Source of the DNA: Candidatus Limnocylindrales bacterium
GTDB taxonomy: Bacteria; Moduliflexota; Moduliflexia; Moduliflexales; JAUQPW01
Length of the DNA stretch: 64,000 bases
Direction of reading: 5' to 3'
Assembly (NCBI GenBank): GCA_035559535.1
Contig: DATMBG010000035.1
Coordinates: 1-64,000, forward strand
Made by a program: the position numbers and the translations under genes
Notes under the pieces: generated by a model
Seen by the model: only the letters and a program-made list of their open reading frames with translations
The model's database searches: none
Told to the model about the DNA's origin: nothing
Shown: in pieces, positions 38,609-47,910 of the stretch
Layout of the letters: each line of letters starts with the position of its first letter
Position numbering within the stretch: the first letter of the stretch is position 1

Positions 38609-39299
38609 TCCCCGGTCCCTTTCCTGAAGCTTCGGGAGAGGGGATTTTGATTGCTTTGAGCCCTTTGATTCCACGGATCTTAGCCAGCAAGCTCCGGGTT
38701 GCTTCTTTAATATCCTCCGCACCGACGACGGCAGAAACCACCGCCACCCCATCTGCACCGGCTCGCAGCACTTCTTCCACATTTCCATAATTAATTCCCC
38801 CGATGGCCACCACAGGAATTTTAACATGGGCTTTAATTTCGGCTAAAAGACGCGTGCCTATGGGAGCTCCTGCATCACTTTTTGTAGAGGTGGCAAAGAT
38901 AGATCCTACCCCCAGATAACTGGCTCCTTCTTCTTCAGCCCGGAGGGCTTCTTCCAGGGTTCCTGCCGAAGCACCGATAATGGCATGGGGGCCAAGGATT
39001 TTTCTGGCCAGATGAACCGGCATATCTTCCGGACCTACATGAACGCCATCGGCCTCTACGGCCAGGGCAATATCAACCCGATCGTTGATAATCAGAACAA
39101 CGCCCTTTTCCCGGGTTAAGCGTCGAAGTTGTTGGCCGATATCGATCAATTGACGAGAATTAGCTTCCTTATCCCGAAGCTGAATGACCGGAGCCCCTCC
39201 TTCTATGGCTTCCCGAACCACATCCAGATGCGAGCGGCCTTTGGCTAATCTCTTATCAGTTAACACATGTAAATCCATCTTCTGTAAACTCGGGTTCAT
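38592..39299 (-). CDS. thiE: Thiamine-phosphate synthase
   Basis: IQLRDK, IINDRVD, DGVHVGPEDM, FATSTK, VVAIGGI. Confidence 0.93.
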   Translation of the reverse strand: MNPSLQKMDLHVLTDKRLAKGRSHLDVVREAIEGGAPVIQLRDKEANSRQLIDIGQQLRRLTREKGVVLIINDRVDIALAVEADGVHVGPEDMPVHLARKILGPHAIIGASAGTLEEALRAEEEGASYLGVGSIFATSTKSDAGAPIGTRLLAEIKAHVKIPVVAIGGINYGNVEEVLRAGADGVAVVSAVVGAEDIKEATRSLLAKIRGIKGLKAIKIPSPEASGKGPGTYAPG

Positions 39300-39330
39300 A
39301 GACCTGGGGCAGAAATCGACAGGCCGGTCG

Positions 39331-40140
39331 TTATCTCCACGGTTCCAGGCTTACCGTCCTCCCCTCCTTATGTTTTACCCGCCAGGGTAAGCAGATTCTT
39401 TCCAGAACTGTAACCAAAGCAAAAAGTCCCACACCTAAAATAGAAAGAACTACGATAGCTGCAAAGAGAAGGTCGGTACGGAGCTGGGCATTGGATCTCT
39501 TCATGAGAAATCCCAGACCGACATCCGATCCCACCCATTCTCCAAAAACGGCTCCAATGACGCTTACGGCTATGGCTACCCGTATCCCTGAGAAAATAAA
39601 AGGGAGGGCAGCAGGAAATCGAATCTTACGGAATAACTGCCAGGAAGTCGCTTTCAAAGTTTGCATCAGATTAAGTAACTCCACATCTACCGATCTTAAT
39701 CCATCCACCGTATTCACGACTAAGGGAAAAAACGCAATAATAGCGGCCATAACCACCTTGGGTATCAGCCCGTACCCAAACCAGATGATCAGCAGGGGGG
39801 CTATGGCAAAAACGGGGATGGTTTGAGAGGCAATGATGAGGGGATAGAGAACTTTCTCCAGAACCCGGGAATAGACAATGGCAATGGCAAGGGCGAGACC
39901 GATTACAAAAGCCAGGAAAAAACCTGCCATTATTTCCCCTAGCGTAATCCAGGTATGCTGTAACAACATATCTGAAGATTCCCCCATCACTTTGAGAATT
40001 CTGGTGGGGGAGGGGAGAATATAGGGAGGGATTTTAAAGATTTTTACGTAAGCCTCCCAACTTACCAGCAGTAAAGCGAAGAGGGTCCCTGGAGCCAGAT
40101 AAGAAATCAAAAACTTTCTCACCAACATCTCTTCTTTCAC
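39331..40140 (-). CDS. thiX: ABC transporter permease (ThiX/SsuC-like)
   Basis: ILPSP, SQTIPVFAIAPLL, RFPAALPFIFSG, GEWVGSDVGLG; thi operon context. Confidence 0.8.
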   Translation of the reverse strand: MKEEMLVRKFLISYLAPGTLFALLLVSWEAYVKIFKIPPYILPSPTRILKVMGESSDMLLQHTWITLGEIMAGFFLAFVIGLALAIAIVYSRVLEKVLYPLIIASQTIPVFAIAPLLIIWFGYGLIPKVVMAAIIAFFPLVVNTVDGLRSVDVELLNLMQTLKATSWQLFRKIRFPAALPFIFSGIRVAIAVSVIGAVFGEWVGSDVGLGFLMKRSNAQLRTDLLFAAIVVLSILGVGLFALVTVLERICLPWRVKHKEGRTVSLEPWR

Positions 40141-40171
40141 CTATTAAATGGATACAAATCCTATAACTCCC

Positions 40172-40819
40172 CTAGGATTTTGCAATTTCGCGCCGTTGCG
40201 ATAAAACAACCTCGGTTAATTCTTTAGCCGCCTGGTAGACATCCGATGCACAGAGTATGGCAGAGATAACACTAATCCCATCGGCTCCGGCCAGCAGAAC
40301 TTCTCGGACAGAGTCTTTCTTAATTCCTCCCAATCCGAGAATAGGAACAGAAATAAACTTTCGCACCTCTTTTAAGGCCTCGAGACCCACAGGTTTTCCA
40401 TAGGGAGCCTTGGAGGGAGTAAAGAAAAGAGGGCCAAAAGTAATAAAATCGACACCTGAGTCTTGAGCCTGTAGAGCTTCTTGAAGATTATGGGTCGAAA
40501 CGCCCAGCAGTTTGTTTCCTATCAAACGCCGAACCACATGGGGAGGCAGACTTTGCTGCCCCAGATGAACTCCATCGGCCTCTATGGCCAGGGCCACATC
40601 CACTCGATCATTAATAAAGAGCTTTACACCGGCCATCTCGGTTAATTTTCGAACCTCCTGGGCCAGAGTATATAACTCCCTGGCAGACAGATCCTTTTCC
40701 CTCAACTGAATAGCTCGAACCCCTCCCCGAATAGCCTCCTCCAATACAGTAAGTAGATTCCTCCCCAGGGTCTGATGCCGGTCTGTGATTAAGTATAGAG
40801 ATAGCTCAGGGATCTTCAT
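40172..40819 (-). CDS. Second ThiE/TenI-family protein
   Basis: LYLITDR, IQLREKDL, INDRVD, DGVHLGQ, GVSTH, GPLFFTPSK, LGGI. Confidence 0.85.
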   Translation of the reverse strand: MKIPELSLYLITDRHQTLGRNLLTVLEEAIRGGVRAIQLREKDLSARELYTLAQEVRKLTEMAGVKLFINDRVDVALAIEADGVHLGQQSLPPHVVRRLIGNKLLGVSTHNLQEALQAQDSGVDFITFGPLFFTPSKAPYGKPVGLEALKEVRKFISVPILGLGGIKKDSVREVLLAGADGISVISAILCASDVYQAAKELTEVVLSQRREIAKS

Positions 40820-40825
40820 TTAAGG

Positions 40826-40938
40826 ATGGAGGTATGGGAGTGTGGGAGTATAGAAGTGTAGGAGGATTCCCCCACACTCCCATACCCCCATACCCCCACA
40901 CCCCCATACCTCCACACTCCCACACTCCCATACCTCCA
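40826..40938. repeat. Inverted arrays of degenerate 8-mer tandem repeats (CCCAYACY)
   Basis: GGAGGTATGGGAGTGTGGGAGTAT... then CCCACACTCCCATACCCCCATACCCCCACACC... Confidence 0.8.
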
Positions 40939-41718
40939 TTATTCTAGCATCCCTTCCAGAGGGCTGCTGGCGGTAGCATACAATTTCTTGGGGATTCTAC
41001 CGGCCAGATAAGCCAGACGGCCCGCCCGAACTGCGTAATTCATGGCTTCTGCCATTTTAACTGGATCCTTGGCCTCTGCGATCCCTGTATTCATGAGTAC
41101 TCCGTCCACACCTAACTCCATGGCAATAGCTGCATCTGAAGCAGTTCCTACTCCGGCATCTACAATGACAGGTACAGAGACCATTTCCAGGATAATTTTG
41201 ATATTATAAGGATTACGAATTCCCAATCCGGACCCGATCGGCGCTCCAAGGGGCATTACAGCCGCAGCACCGGCATCCTCAAGTTTCTTAGCCATGACCG
41301 GATCATCGTTGGTGTAAGGGAGAACCACAAAACCTTCTTTAGCCAGGGTTTCCGTTGCCTTCAGAAGACCTATATTATCGGGAAATAAGGTTTTTTGGTC
41401 TCCAATAACCTCCAATTTAATGAGATTGGAAAAGCCGGCCTCTCTGGCAAGTCGAGCGGTACGAATGGCTTCTTCCGCCGTATAGCAACCGGCCGTATTC
41501 GGCAACAGGGTGTACTTTTTCAAATCAATATAATCCAGCAGAGAAGGTTGAGATTTATCGAACAGATTAACCCGCCTTACGGCCACCGTCACAATTTCTG
41601 CGCCGGACTTTTCAAGGGCTTCCCTCATAATCTCAAAAGAGGGATACTTTCCCGTTCCAACAATGAGACGGGATCTATAAGCTTTACCTGCAATAATCAG
41701 ATGATCGTTTTCTAACAT
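40939..41718 (-). CDS. thiG: Thiazole synthase
   Basis: [46 protein letters not shown]; likely start MLEND at 41718 (longer ORF runs into repeats). Confidence 0.96.
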   Translation of the reverse strand: MLENDHLIIAGKAYRSRLIVGTGKYPSFEIMREALEKSGAEIVTVAVRRVNLFDKSQPSLLDYIDLKKYTLLPNTAGCYTAEEAIRTARLAREAGFSNLIKLEVIGDQKTLFPDNIGLLKATETLAKEGFVVLPYTNDDPVMAKKLEDAGAAAVMPLGAPIGSGLGIRNPYNIKIILEMVSVPVIVDAGVGTASDAAIAMELGVDGVLMNTGIAEAKDPVKMAEAMNYAVRAGRLAYLAGRIPKKLYATASSPLEGMLE

Positions 41719-41729
41719 ATAAAAATAGA

Positions 41730-41850
41730 TGGTATGGGGGTGTGGAGGTGTGGGAGTAGGGAAGTAGGGGAATATAGGAAAACATACTCCCATACCCCCA
41801 CACTCCCAGTACGGGCGACCGGCCGGTCGCCCCTACACACCCCCATACTT
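41730..41850. repeat. 8-mer tandem repeat hairpin with an embedded GTAG-type REP
   Basis: GGTATGGGGGTGTGGAGGTGTGGGAG... / CATACTCCCATACCCCCACACTCC; 41811-41836 reads GTAGGGGCGACCGGCCGGTCGCCCGT on the minus strand. Confidence 0.75.
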
Positions 41851-41858
41851 TCCTTTAT

Positions 41859-42059
41859 TTATCCTCCCCCGACAAATTGAACCAGCTCCAATTTATCTCC
41901 TTCCTTAAGGGTCTGGTGTTCGTAGGCGCTTTTAGGTACAATTTGCAAATTATGTTCGACGGCAACGACGCGTTTATCCACCTGAAGATATTGGAGCAGT
42001 TGGAGAATCGTGATATCGGATGGAACTTCTCGTTCCTCTCCGTTAATAATCACTTTCAT
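41859..42059 (-). CDS. thiS: Sulfur carrier protein
   Basis: 66 aa, INGE, VAVEHN, GDKLELVQFVGGG C-terminus. Confidence 0.95.
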   Translation of the reverse strand: MKVIINGEEREVPSDITILQLLQYLQVDKRVVAVEHNLQIVPKSAYEHQTLKEGDKLELVQFVGGG

Positions 42060-42964
42060 AACCGTTTATCCGTTGTAGATTGTCTTGTGGTTCGTTGTGG
42101 ACTATCCGTCAGGGGTTGCTGGGGAGGGTTCGAAACGGAGTCAGGCAACCCTACGGATGATGGACAACGGACGACAGACATTTCTTCAAAGGCCTTTAGA
42201 CTTTCCTCTTGGATAAGGTCCATCAGGATACGTTTTATACCCACGAAAGGAGCTGAGGTAACCAGATGGGGATCCCGGGGTCTGGGAAGGGGAACGGAAA
42301 GTTCTGCTTTAATCGTTCCTGGTCTGGCCGTCATTACATAAATTCGGTCGGATAAAAAGATCGCCTCTTCGATATCGTGGGTTACAAAGAGGATGGTTTT
42401 TCGGAATTCTTCCCAGACTTTCAACAAGAACTGCTGCATGATAGATCGGGTCATGGCGTCCAAAGCTCCGAAGGGCTCATCCAACAACATGATATCTTTT
42501 TTAAAGAGGATTGTACGCATGAGAGCGGCTCGTTGTCGCATGCCACCCGACAAGGAATCCGGGTAATTTTTCTCAAACCCTGCCAGTCCGAAATTTGGAA
42601 AGAGGGCCAGGGCTTCTTTCCGGGCCATGCTTTTTTTTATCCCTTGAATCTCAAGACCCAGAATGACATTATCCAAAATGGTTCTCCAGGGTAACAAGAG
42701 ATCCTTCTGGGGCATATAGGCTGAAAAGCCGCGTCTATCTTCCCTGCGTTCTCCGTCCAGATAAATTTCACCCTCTTCATCGGGTTGGAGGAGACCAGCG
42801 ATAATGTTAAAGAGGGTACTTTTTCCGCATCCACTGGGACCTACTAAACTAACAAATTCACCTTCCCTTACGTACAGGTTAACCTTTTGGAGCGCTGTAA
42901 CCGGACCTGGAGAGAAGGTTTTACTCACGTTAACCACCTGAACTTTAAAGGGCGCCTTCCTCAT
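42056..42964 (-). CDS. thiZ: ABC transporter ATP-binding protein (ThiZ/SsuB-like)
   Basis: GPSGCGKST, YMPQKDLLLPW, LSGGMRQR, LLDEPFGALD, VTHD. Confidence 0.82.
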   Translation of the reverse strand: MRKAPFKVQVVNVSKTFSPGPVTALQKVNLYVREGEFVSLVGPSGCGKSTLFNIIAGLLQPDEEGEIYLDGERREDRRGFSAYMPQKDLLLPWRTILDNVILGLEIQGIKKSMARKEALALFPNFGLAGFEKNYPDSLSGGMRQRAALMRTILFKKDIMLLDEPFGALDAMTRSIMQQFLLKVWEEFRKTILFVTHDIEEAIFLSDRIYVMTARPGTIKAELSVPLPRPRDPHLVTSAPFVGIKRILMDLIQEESLKAFEEMSVVRCPSSVGLPDSVSNPPQQPLTDSPQRTTRQSTTDKRL

Positions 42965-44076
42965 ATCGCAAACCGTTTTGGGCTAAAAGGCTCCAGAGAG
43001 AGGGAAGTTTTCCCATCTACAATGAGTTCCTGAATGAGCTTTCCGGTTATAGGAGTTAAAAGGATTCCCTGCCGAAAATGACCTGTGGCTACAATCACAT
43101 TTTCCATTTCAGGGATAGGCCCCAAAATGGGAAGTAAATCCCGGCAGTAGGGTCGTAACCCGGCCCAGGTTCTTGTCAGGGGTTTACTGGCCAGGGAGGG
43201 AACCATCTCAAGAGCCGCACGGATCAATGTTTCTACACCTTCCAAAGTAACCTGTTTATCATATCCTACAAATTCCACCGTAGCGCCGATCAGCAAATCT
43301 CCTCCCAGGCGAGGAACCAGATAAACCTTTCGAGAGGAGACAACATGATGAAGGAGAGGAGGAAAAACCGTTGTTGCTACCATCTGTCCTTTAGCCGGTT
43401 CGACCGGAAGGGGATAGGTTAAAAGAGAGCCTATCTGATTAGACCAACACCCGGTTGCAATAACTATGGTATGGCCTCGAATGATTTCATCATAAGCCTG
43501 AACTCCGGTGATCCGAGAATTCTCCTTGAGAACGGCCGTGACCGGTTTCCCTACCATGAACTCGGCTCCAAGCTGGAGGGCACCTCGGGCCAAAGCTTCT
43601 ACCAGTCGAGGATTATTTACATGACAATCCTTTGAAAAGAAGAGAGCTCCACGTATTGTTTTAGATAAAGCAGGTTCTCTTTCCAATACTTCTTCAGAAG
43701 TAAGAAGTTCTGTAGCCAGTCCCACCTCTTTTTGAAAGGGATGGAGGTACCGACCTTCCTTTTCATCATCTTCATCCAAAAAAAGTTCCAATGTTCCGTA
43801 GTGTAGCAACTCGATATCAACACCTGTAAGGTCTTTCAGCTCTTCAGATAAGGTGGAATAAAGCTGATAGCTTGCGATACTGAGATCAAAGTACGGTCGA
43901 TGACCGGCAGGATCATATCGTGGGGATAGCATTCCTGCTGCTGCAGAGGATGCCTCGCATCCGGGTTGTGTTTTTTCAATCACAACCACCTTGACTTTTG
44001 ATTTAGCCAACTGATAGGCGATACAGCATCCAATAGCTCCCGCTCCTATAACGATAACATCGGTTGTCTTAGACAA
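42961..44076 (-). CDS. thiO: Glycine oxidase
   Basis: GAGAIG, ASSAAAGML, PAKGQ, YLVPR, WAGLRP, TGHFRQGILLTP; operon context. Confidence 0.9.
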   Translation of the reverse strand: MSKTTDVIVIGAGAIGCCIAYQLAKSKVKVVVIEKTQPGCEASSAAAGMLSPRYDPAGHRPYFDLSIASYQLYSTLSEELKDLTGVDIELLHYGTLELFLDEDDEKEGRYLHPFQKEVGLATELLTSEEVLEREPALSKTIRGALFFSKDCHVNNPRLVEALARGALQLGAEFMVGKPVTAVLKENSRITGVQAYDEIIRGHTIVIATGCWSNQIGSLLTYPLPVEPAKGQMVATTVFPPLLHHVVSSRKVYLVPRLGGDLLIGATVEFVGYDKQVTLEGVETLIRAALEMVPSLASKPLTRTWAGLRPYCRDLLPILGPIPEMENVIVATGHFRQGILLTPITGKLIQELIVDGKTSLSLEPFSPKRFAI

Positions 44077-44143
44077 TTTAATCCCTGTGTCGTTGCCCGT
44101 TGTCCGTGGTTTATACTGTCAACCATGAACAACGGCCTACAGA

Positions 44144-44944
44144 CTATTTATACTGAATCCAGGCCAGATGATTGGTAGGCCCGTGTCCTTTTCCAATATC
44201 CAGAGAATAACGAATCGCCAGTGTTACATACTCTTTCGCTATCCGAACGGCTTCTTTTACGTCCTTACCTTTAGCCAATTCTGCCGTGATAGCAGCCGAG
44301 AAAGTACAACCGGTTCCATGGATATTTCGGGTTTGAATACGCTCCGCTCTATAGTAAGAGAATTCCTGTCCATCATAGAAAACATCCACCGCTTCTCCAT
44401 TTCGATGGCCCCCTTTTACGATTACATTTCGGACCCCCTTCTCCCGGATGATCCGGGCTGCTTTCTCCATATCTTCCAGGGAAGTAATCTTCATATCGGC
44501 TAATACCTCGGCTTCTGGAATATTAGGGGTTACAATCAAGGCAAGGGGGATCAATTGATTTTGTAAAGCTTCCCGGGCACTGGGTTGCAAAAGCGGGTCT
44601 CCACTTGCGGCCACCATAACCGGATCTACGACCAATCGATCTATGCCATATTCGACCACTTTACTACAAACCATTTCAATGATCTCCCGGTTAGAGAGCA
44701 TCCCGGTTTTGGCTGCATCGATTCCAATATCTGTGGCTATGGAGTCCAGTTGGGCTCCCACGAACTGCGGAGGAATATCCAGGATTCCTTGAACACCCAG
44801 GGTATTCTGGGCTGTGAGGGCGGTAATGGCCGTCATTCCGTAAACTCCCAGTGCCGTAAAAGTTTTAAGATCGGCCTGAATCCCGGCACCTCCGCCCGAA
44901 TCAGATCCTGCGATGGTTAAAGCTGTCTTAAGTTTTAGCGACAT
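44144..44944 (-). CDS. thiD: Hydroxymethylpyrimidine/phosphomethylpyrimidine kinase
   Basis: TIAGSDSGGGAGIQADLKTF, DPVMVA, KGGH, HGTGCTFSAAI. Confidence 0.96.
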   Translation of the reverse strand: MSLKLKTALTIAGSDSGGGAGIQADLKTFTALGVYGMTAITALTAQNTLGVQGILDIPPQFVGAQLDSIATDIGIDAAKTGMLSNREIIEMVCSKVVEYGIDRLVVDPVMVAASGDPLLQPSAREALQNQLIPLALIVTPNIPEAEVLADMKITSLEDMEKAARIIREKGVRNVIVKGGHRNGEAVDVFYDGQEFSYYRAERIQTRNIHGTGCTFSAAITAELAKGKDVKEAVRIAKEYVTLAIRYSLDIGKGHGPTNHLAWIQYK

Positions 44945-44947
44945 AAA

Positions 44948-44982
44948 TAAAAAAGCCGTACCCCCTGGAAGGGAATACGGCT
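44948..44982 (-). terminator. Hairpin plus U-tract, probable expression platform of the TPP riboswitch
   Basis: Minus strand AGCCGTATTCCCTTCCAGGGGGTACGGCTTTTTT immediately before the thiD ATG. Confidence 0.7.
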
Positions 44983-45068
44983 AAATTTTTTAAAAAGAAA
45001 AGGTAGACTACTTCCTTATCAATCGTTAAGGTATACGTCCACGCGTTTCTCTATCTATAAAATCTTAA

Positions 45069-45173
45069 CCGCTTCCCTACGCTGGTATTACCCAGATCAG
45101 GTTCAGAGGGTTTCCGGTTCCCAGGGAATTTCCCTTAAGAACCGAGTTCTCAGCCTTAAAAACTCCCCTAGCG
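45069..45173 (-). promoter_or_regulatory. TPP riboswitch (THI box)
   Basis: Minus strand CTAGGGGAG...GGCTGAGA...CCCTCTGAACCTGATCTGGGTAATACCAGCGTAGGGAAGCG. Confidence 0.96.
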
Positions 45174-45183
45174 ATTTAATTTA

Positions 45184-45212
45184 AATATACCTCTTTAAAG
45201 AAAAGCTGTCAA
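45184..45212 (-). promoter_or_regulatory. Sigma70 promoter of the thi operon
   Basis: Minus strand TTGACA-N17-TATATT directly upstream of the aptamer. Confidence 0.75.
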
Positions 45213-45252
45213 TCATTTAAATAATTACTTTCTTTTCCAGGCAAAATCCCCG

Positions 45253-45969
45253 TTATAGACTTATAAAACTTCCTTCCCCATGAGCATCCAATCGAAGGAA
45301 TTTCCGTTGGGTCTTCCAATCCGGGAGAATATAAAGAAGTTTCCTGGAATCTTCCCTATCCAGGGCGAGGACTTTTTCCATGTGGAAATGACCCAAGATG
45401 ATTCCGTCGTAGCCTTGATTAAAAAGGGACCTGGCGTATTCTTTACAAATCTCCATAGGAAAGTAGGATTTATGTTTTTGATTGGTTTTCCTGAATTTTT
45501 TTTCCAGATAATGGGCCAGGGACAGGCCTATTCGGGAAGGTAAAAGCGTAAAACCTTTATAAAAGATACGATTCCTCGAAAGGGTCCGCCAAAGCCGATA
45601 GGGTCTATCTCGATAATTCAGCAAATCTCCATGGGAAAGATAAAACCTTTTTCCTCCGATCTGTTCTTCCAGGAAAGAGGAACTTACTTCTGTGAAAGGG
45701 GAGCCCCGATAGCTTTCCGAGAGGTAATAATCTCGATTCCCCTCCACATATTTGACGGTCACACCGGAAGCCGCGAGTTGTTGGAGGCCCCGGAGGATGG
45801 GTTCCTGATAAGGCAGGGCCATTTTTTTTGGACCCAACCACAGGTTAAAGAGATCTCCGAGAATATAGAGGGTTTGGGTAGATCCTTTAAGATGGTTGAG
45901 AAAGGTCAGGAAATCTTTGATTTCATCCGGGTCACCCTGGATATGGGCATCCGAGACACAAACGATCAT
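45253..45969 (-). CDS. lpxH: UDP-2,3-diacylglucosamine diphosphatase (LpxH-like metallophosphoesterase)
   Basis: SDAH, LGDLFNLWLG, GNRDY, HGD, GHFH. Confidence 0.78.
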   Translation of the reverse strand: MIVCVSDAHIQGDPDEIKDFLTFLNHLKGSTQTLYILGDLFNLWLGPKKMALPYQEPILRGLQQLAASGVTVKYVEGNRDYYLSESYRGSPFTEVSSSFLEEQIGGKRFYLSHGDLLNYRDRPYRLWRTLSRNRIFYKGFTLLPSRIGLSLAHYLEKKFRKTNQKHKSYFPMEICKEYARSLFNQGYDGIILGHFHMEKVLALDREDSRKLLYILPDWKTQRKFLRLDAHGEGSFISL

Positions 45970-47441
45970 ATTCCTTGTCTCTTTGCATAGGTAGCCTGTT
46001 GAAACTCTGTTAAGAGGAGTCCGATTTGATTCTGGATCTGTTTAATGGGATAAGTTCCCGTGTTAAATCCGTTAATCATGATCGAGAAAGTCAGGACCTC
46101 ATTATCTCGGGTCAGTGCATAACCGGAAAGACAGGAAACATCTTTTAACGCGCCTGTTTTAGCCCGGAGTCTCCGCTCGGCGGCAGTATCTCGTAGCCGT
46201 CGTTTCATGGTTCCATCGACTCCAGCCACGGCTAAAGAAGATAAAAACTCCGATTTAACCTCGAAGTTATTGTACATATATCGGAGGAGTTTAACGATTT
46301 GTGCCGGGGAAACTCGATTTTCCCGGGATAAGCCGGAGCCATTTTCTAGAAAATAGCTATCGGGGGGAATGCCGATTTCCTCCTTGAGAAATTCACGGAT
46401 AACTTCAATTCCCTTTTCGGTACTGCCCGGTGCCCCTTTAACTTCCGCACCTAGGGTTTTTAATATCTGCTCGGCTACGAAATTATCGCTTACTTTATTG
46501 GAATCATTGAGGATAACCGATAAGGGTTTGGATTGATGGAGAACCAGGAGTTGAGCTTTAGCTGGGACCGTTCCTTTTCGGACGATCCCCTGGATCTTGA
46601 CTCCTAAATTTTCAAGGACTTCCTTAAAAATGGCTGCCGTATAAAGAGCCGGTTCCCGGACCTGGATTTGAGAATACAATCCTCGGGACTTTTTTGAAAT
46701 TTTACCTGTTACTACGAGTTCCCCATCCCCATCCTCTTGATTATAATAGGTGGTAATGCCGCCGCGGGTTGCAAGGGTCAGCGCACGATTGGTAACCCGA
46801 AGGTAAGAAACCGGGGGATCCGTCATAACAAAGGGAGGTAATCCCGGTTTAGGTCCCGGTCGGATAAAAAGTTTTATGGTATTCTCATTGACGGACAGGG
46901 CGCTGACTCCCACAGAAGCCGGAGAAGTAAAATTCTCCCAGCCTTTAACAATGATCTGGTCATCAAAAAACGAATCATCGGCGATGATATCCCCCTCAAC
47001 CGTACTAACGCCTTCATTGACCATATCCTTGGCCATGACCCACAGATCTTGTGAAGAAAGATCGGGATCTCCAAAGCCTTTAATATAAAGATCTCCTATG
47101 GTCCCATTATGAGGGGCTTTATCCGTGTAGATGGCGGTTTTAAAGGTGTATTCCGGCTTAAGGACCGATAAAGCCACGGCTGAAGTAATCAGTTTGGTAT
47201 TAGAGGCGGGATTTAAAAGTTGATCCATCCCGGACTGATAAATCACCTCTCCTGAATCTTGAAAAACGATTTGAATTCCTACAGAAGCTTTTTCCAGGAT
47301 CTTATTATGTAAGATCTTATCGATATTTTCCCTGAGTTCCTTCAAAGAATCGGGTATTTCTGATTTCCCATCAATTTGTGAATCAAATAAACCGATATAG
47401 ATCACTAAAACAACCGGTAGAATAAGAAAAAATTTCCACAT
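45966..47441 (-). CDS. dacB: D-Ala-D-Ala carboxypeptidase/endopeptidase (PBP4, peptidase S13)
   Basis: PASNTK (SxxK), GDPDL, SDN, NGSGLSR, AKTG. Confidence 0.93.
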   Translation of the reverse strand: MWKFFLILPVVLVIYIGLFDSQIDGKSEIPDSLKELRENIDKILHNKILEKASVGIQIVFQDSGEVIYQSGMDQLLNPASNTKLITSAVALSVLKPEYTFKTAIYTDKAPHNGTIGDLYIKGFGDPDLSSQDLWVMAKDMVNEGVSTVEGDIIADDSFFDDQIIVKGWENFTSPASVGVSALSVNENTIKLFIRPGPKPGLPPFVMTDPPVSYLRVTNRALTLATRGGITTYYNQEDGDGELVVTGKISKKSRGLYSQIQVREPALYTAAIFKEVLENLGVKIQGIVRKGTVPAKAQLLVLHQSKPLSVILNDSNKVSDNFVAEQILKTLGAEVKGAPGSTEKGIEVIREFLKEEIGIPPDSYFLENGSGLSRENRVSPAQIVKLLRYMYNNFEVKSEFLSSLAVAGVDGTMKRRLRDTAAERRLRAKTGALKDVSCLSGYALTRDNEVLTFSIMINGFNTGTYPIKQIQNQIGLLLTEFQQATYAKRQGI

Positions 47442-47453
47442 GGGAAAGAAACA

Positions 47454-47530
47454 AAGCGAAAGGTGAAAAGACGAAGGCGAAAGGTAAAATTGAGGGTTTC
47501 CTTTCGCCTTTTCCCTTTCGCTTTTTCCTT
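47454..47530. repeat. Inverted 7-mer (GCGAAAG-like) tandem-repeat hairpin
   Basis: GCGAAAGGTGAAAAGACGAAGGCGAAAGG ... CCTTTCGCCTTTTCCCTTTCGC. Confidence 0.65.
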
Positions 47531-47851
47531 TTAAAGCGTTGTCTCAGTTAAGATCCAGTTCAAGTAACTTTCTGAACCGTGTTGAACAGGTAAAGCGATA
47601 ATCTCCGGTACTTGATAACTGTGAAGCTCCTGGACACGTTGTTTAATACGTTCAAAGAGAGATCTTTGCGTCTTCAGAAGGATCAGCACTTCTTCTTCCT
47701 GGCTCAGTTTATTTTGCCAATGGAAGATAGATTGTACATGGGGAATTAGATTAGCACAGGCCGCCAATCGTTCCTCCACCAGGGTTGTACCTATATTTTT
47801 AGCTTCTTCTAAAGACGAGGCCGTAATCAAAACCACTATATACTCTGACAT
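47531..47851 (-). CDS. cutA: Divalent-cation tolerance protein
   Basis: LVEERLAACAN, SIFHW, HSYQVPEII, YLNW. Confidence 0.95.
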   Translation of the reverse strand: MSEYIVVLITASSLEEAKNIGTTLVEERLAACANLIPHVQSIFHWQNKLSQEEEVLILLKTQRSLFERIKQRVQELHSYQVPEIIALPVQHGSESYLNWILTETTL

Positions 47852-47910
47852 TTTCTAGAGGATAAAGGATGAAGGAACGAAGGGGTATTTTACCTTCACC
47901 CTTCAGAAAG

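Noticed and set aside
40826-40938. Possible CRISPR array
   Set aside because: Units are degenerate 8-mers with no unique spacers, and there are no cas genes
41719-41793. N-terminal extension of ThiG in the ORF track
   Set aside because: Encoded by the 8-mer repeat; ThiG similarity starts at MLEND (41718)
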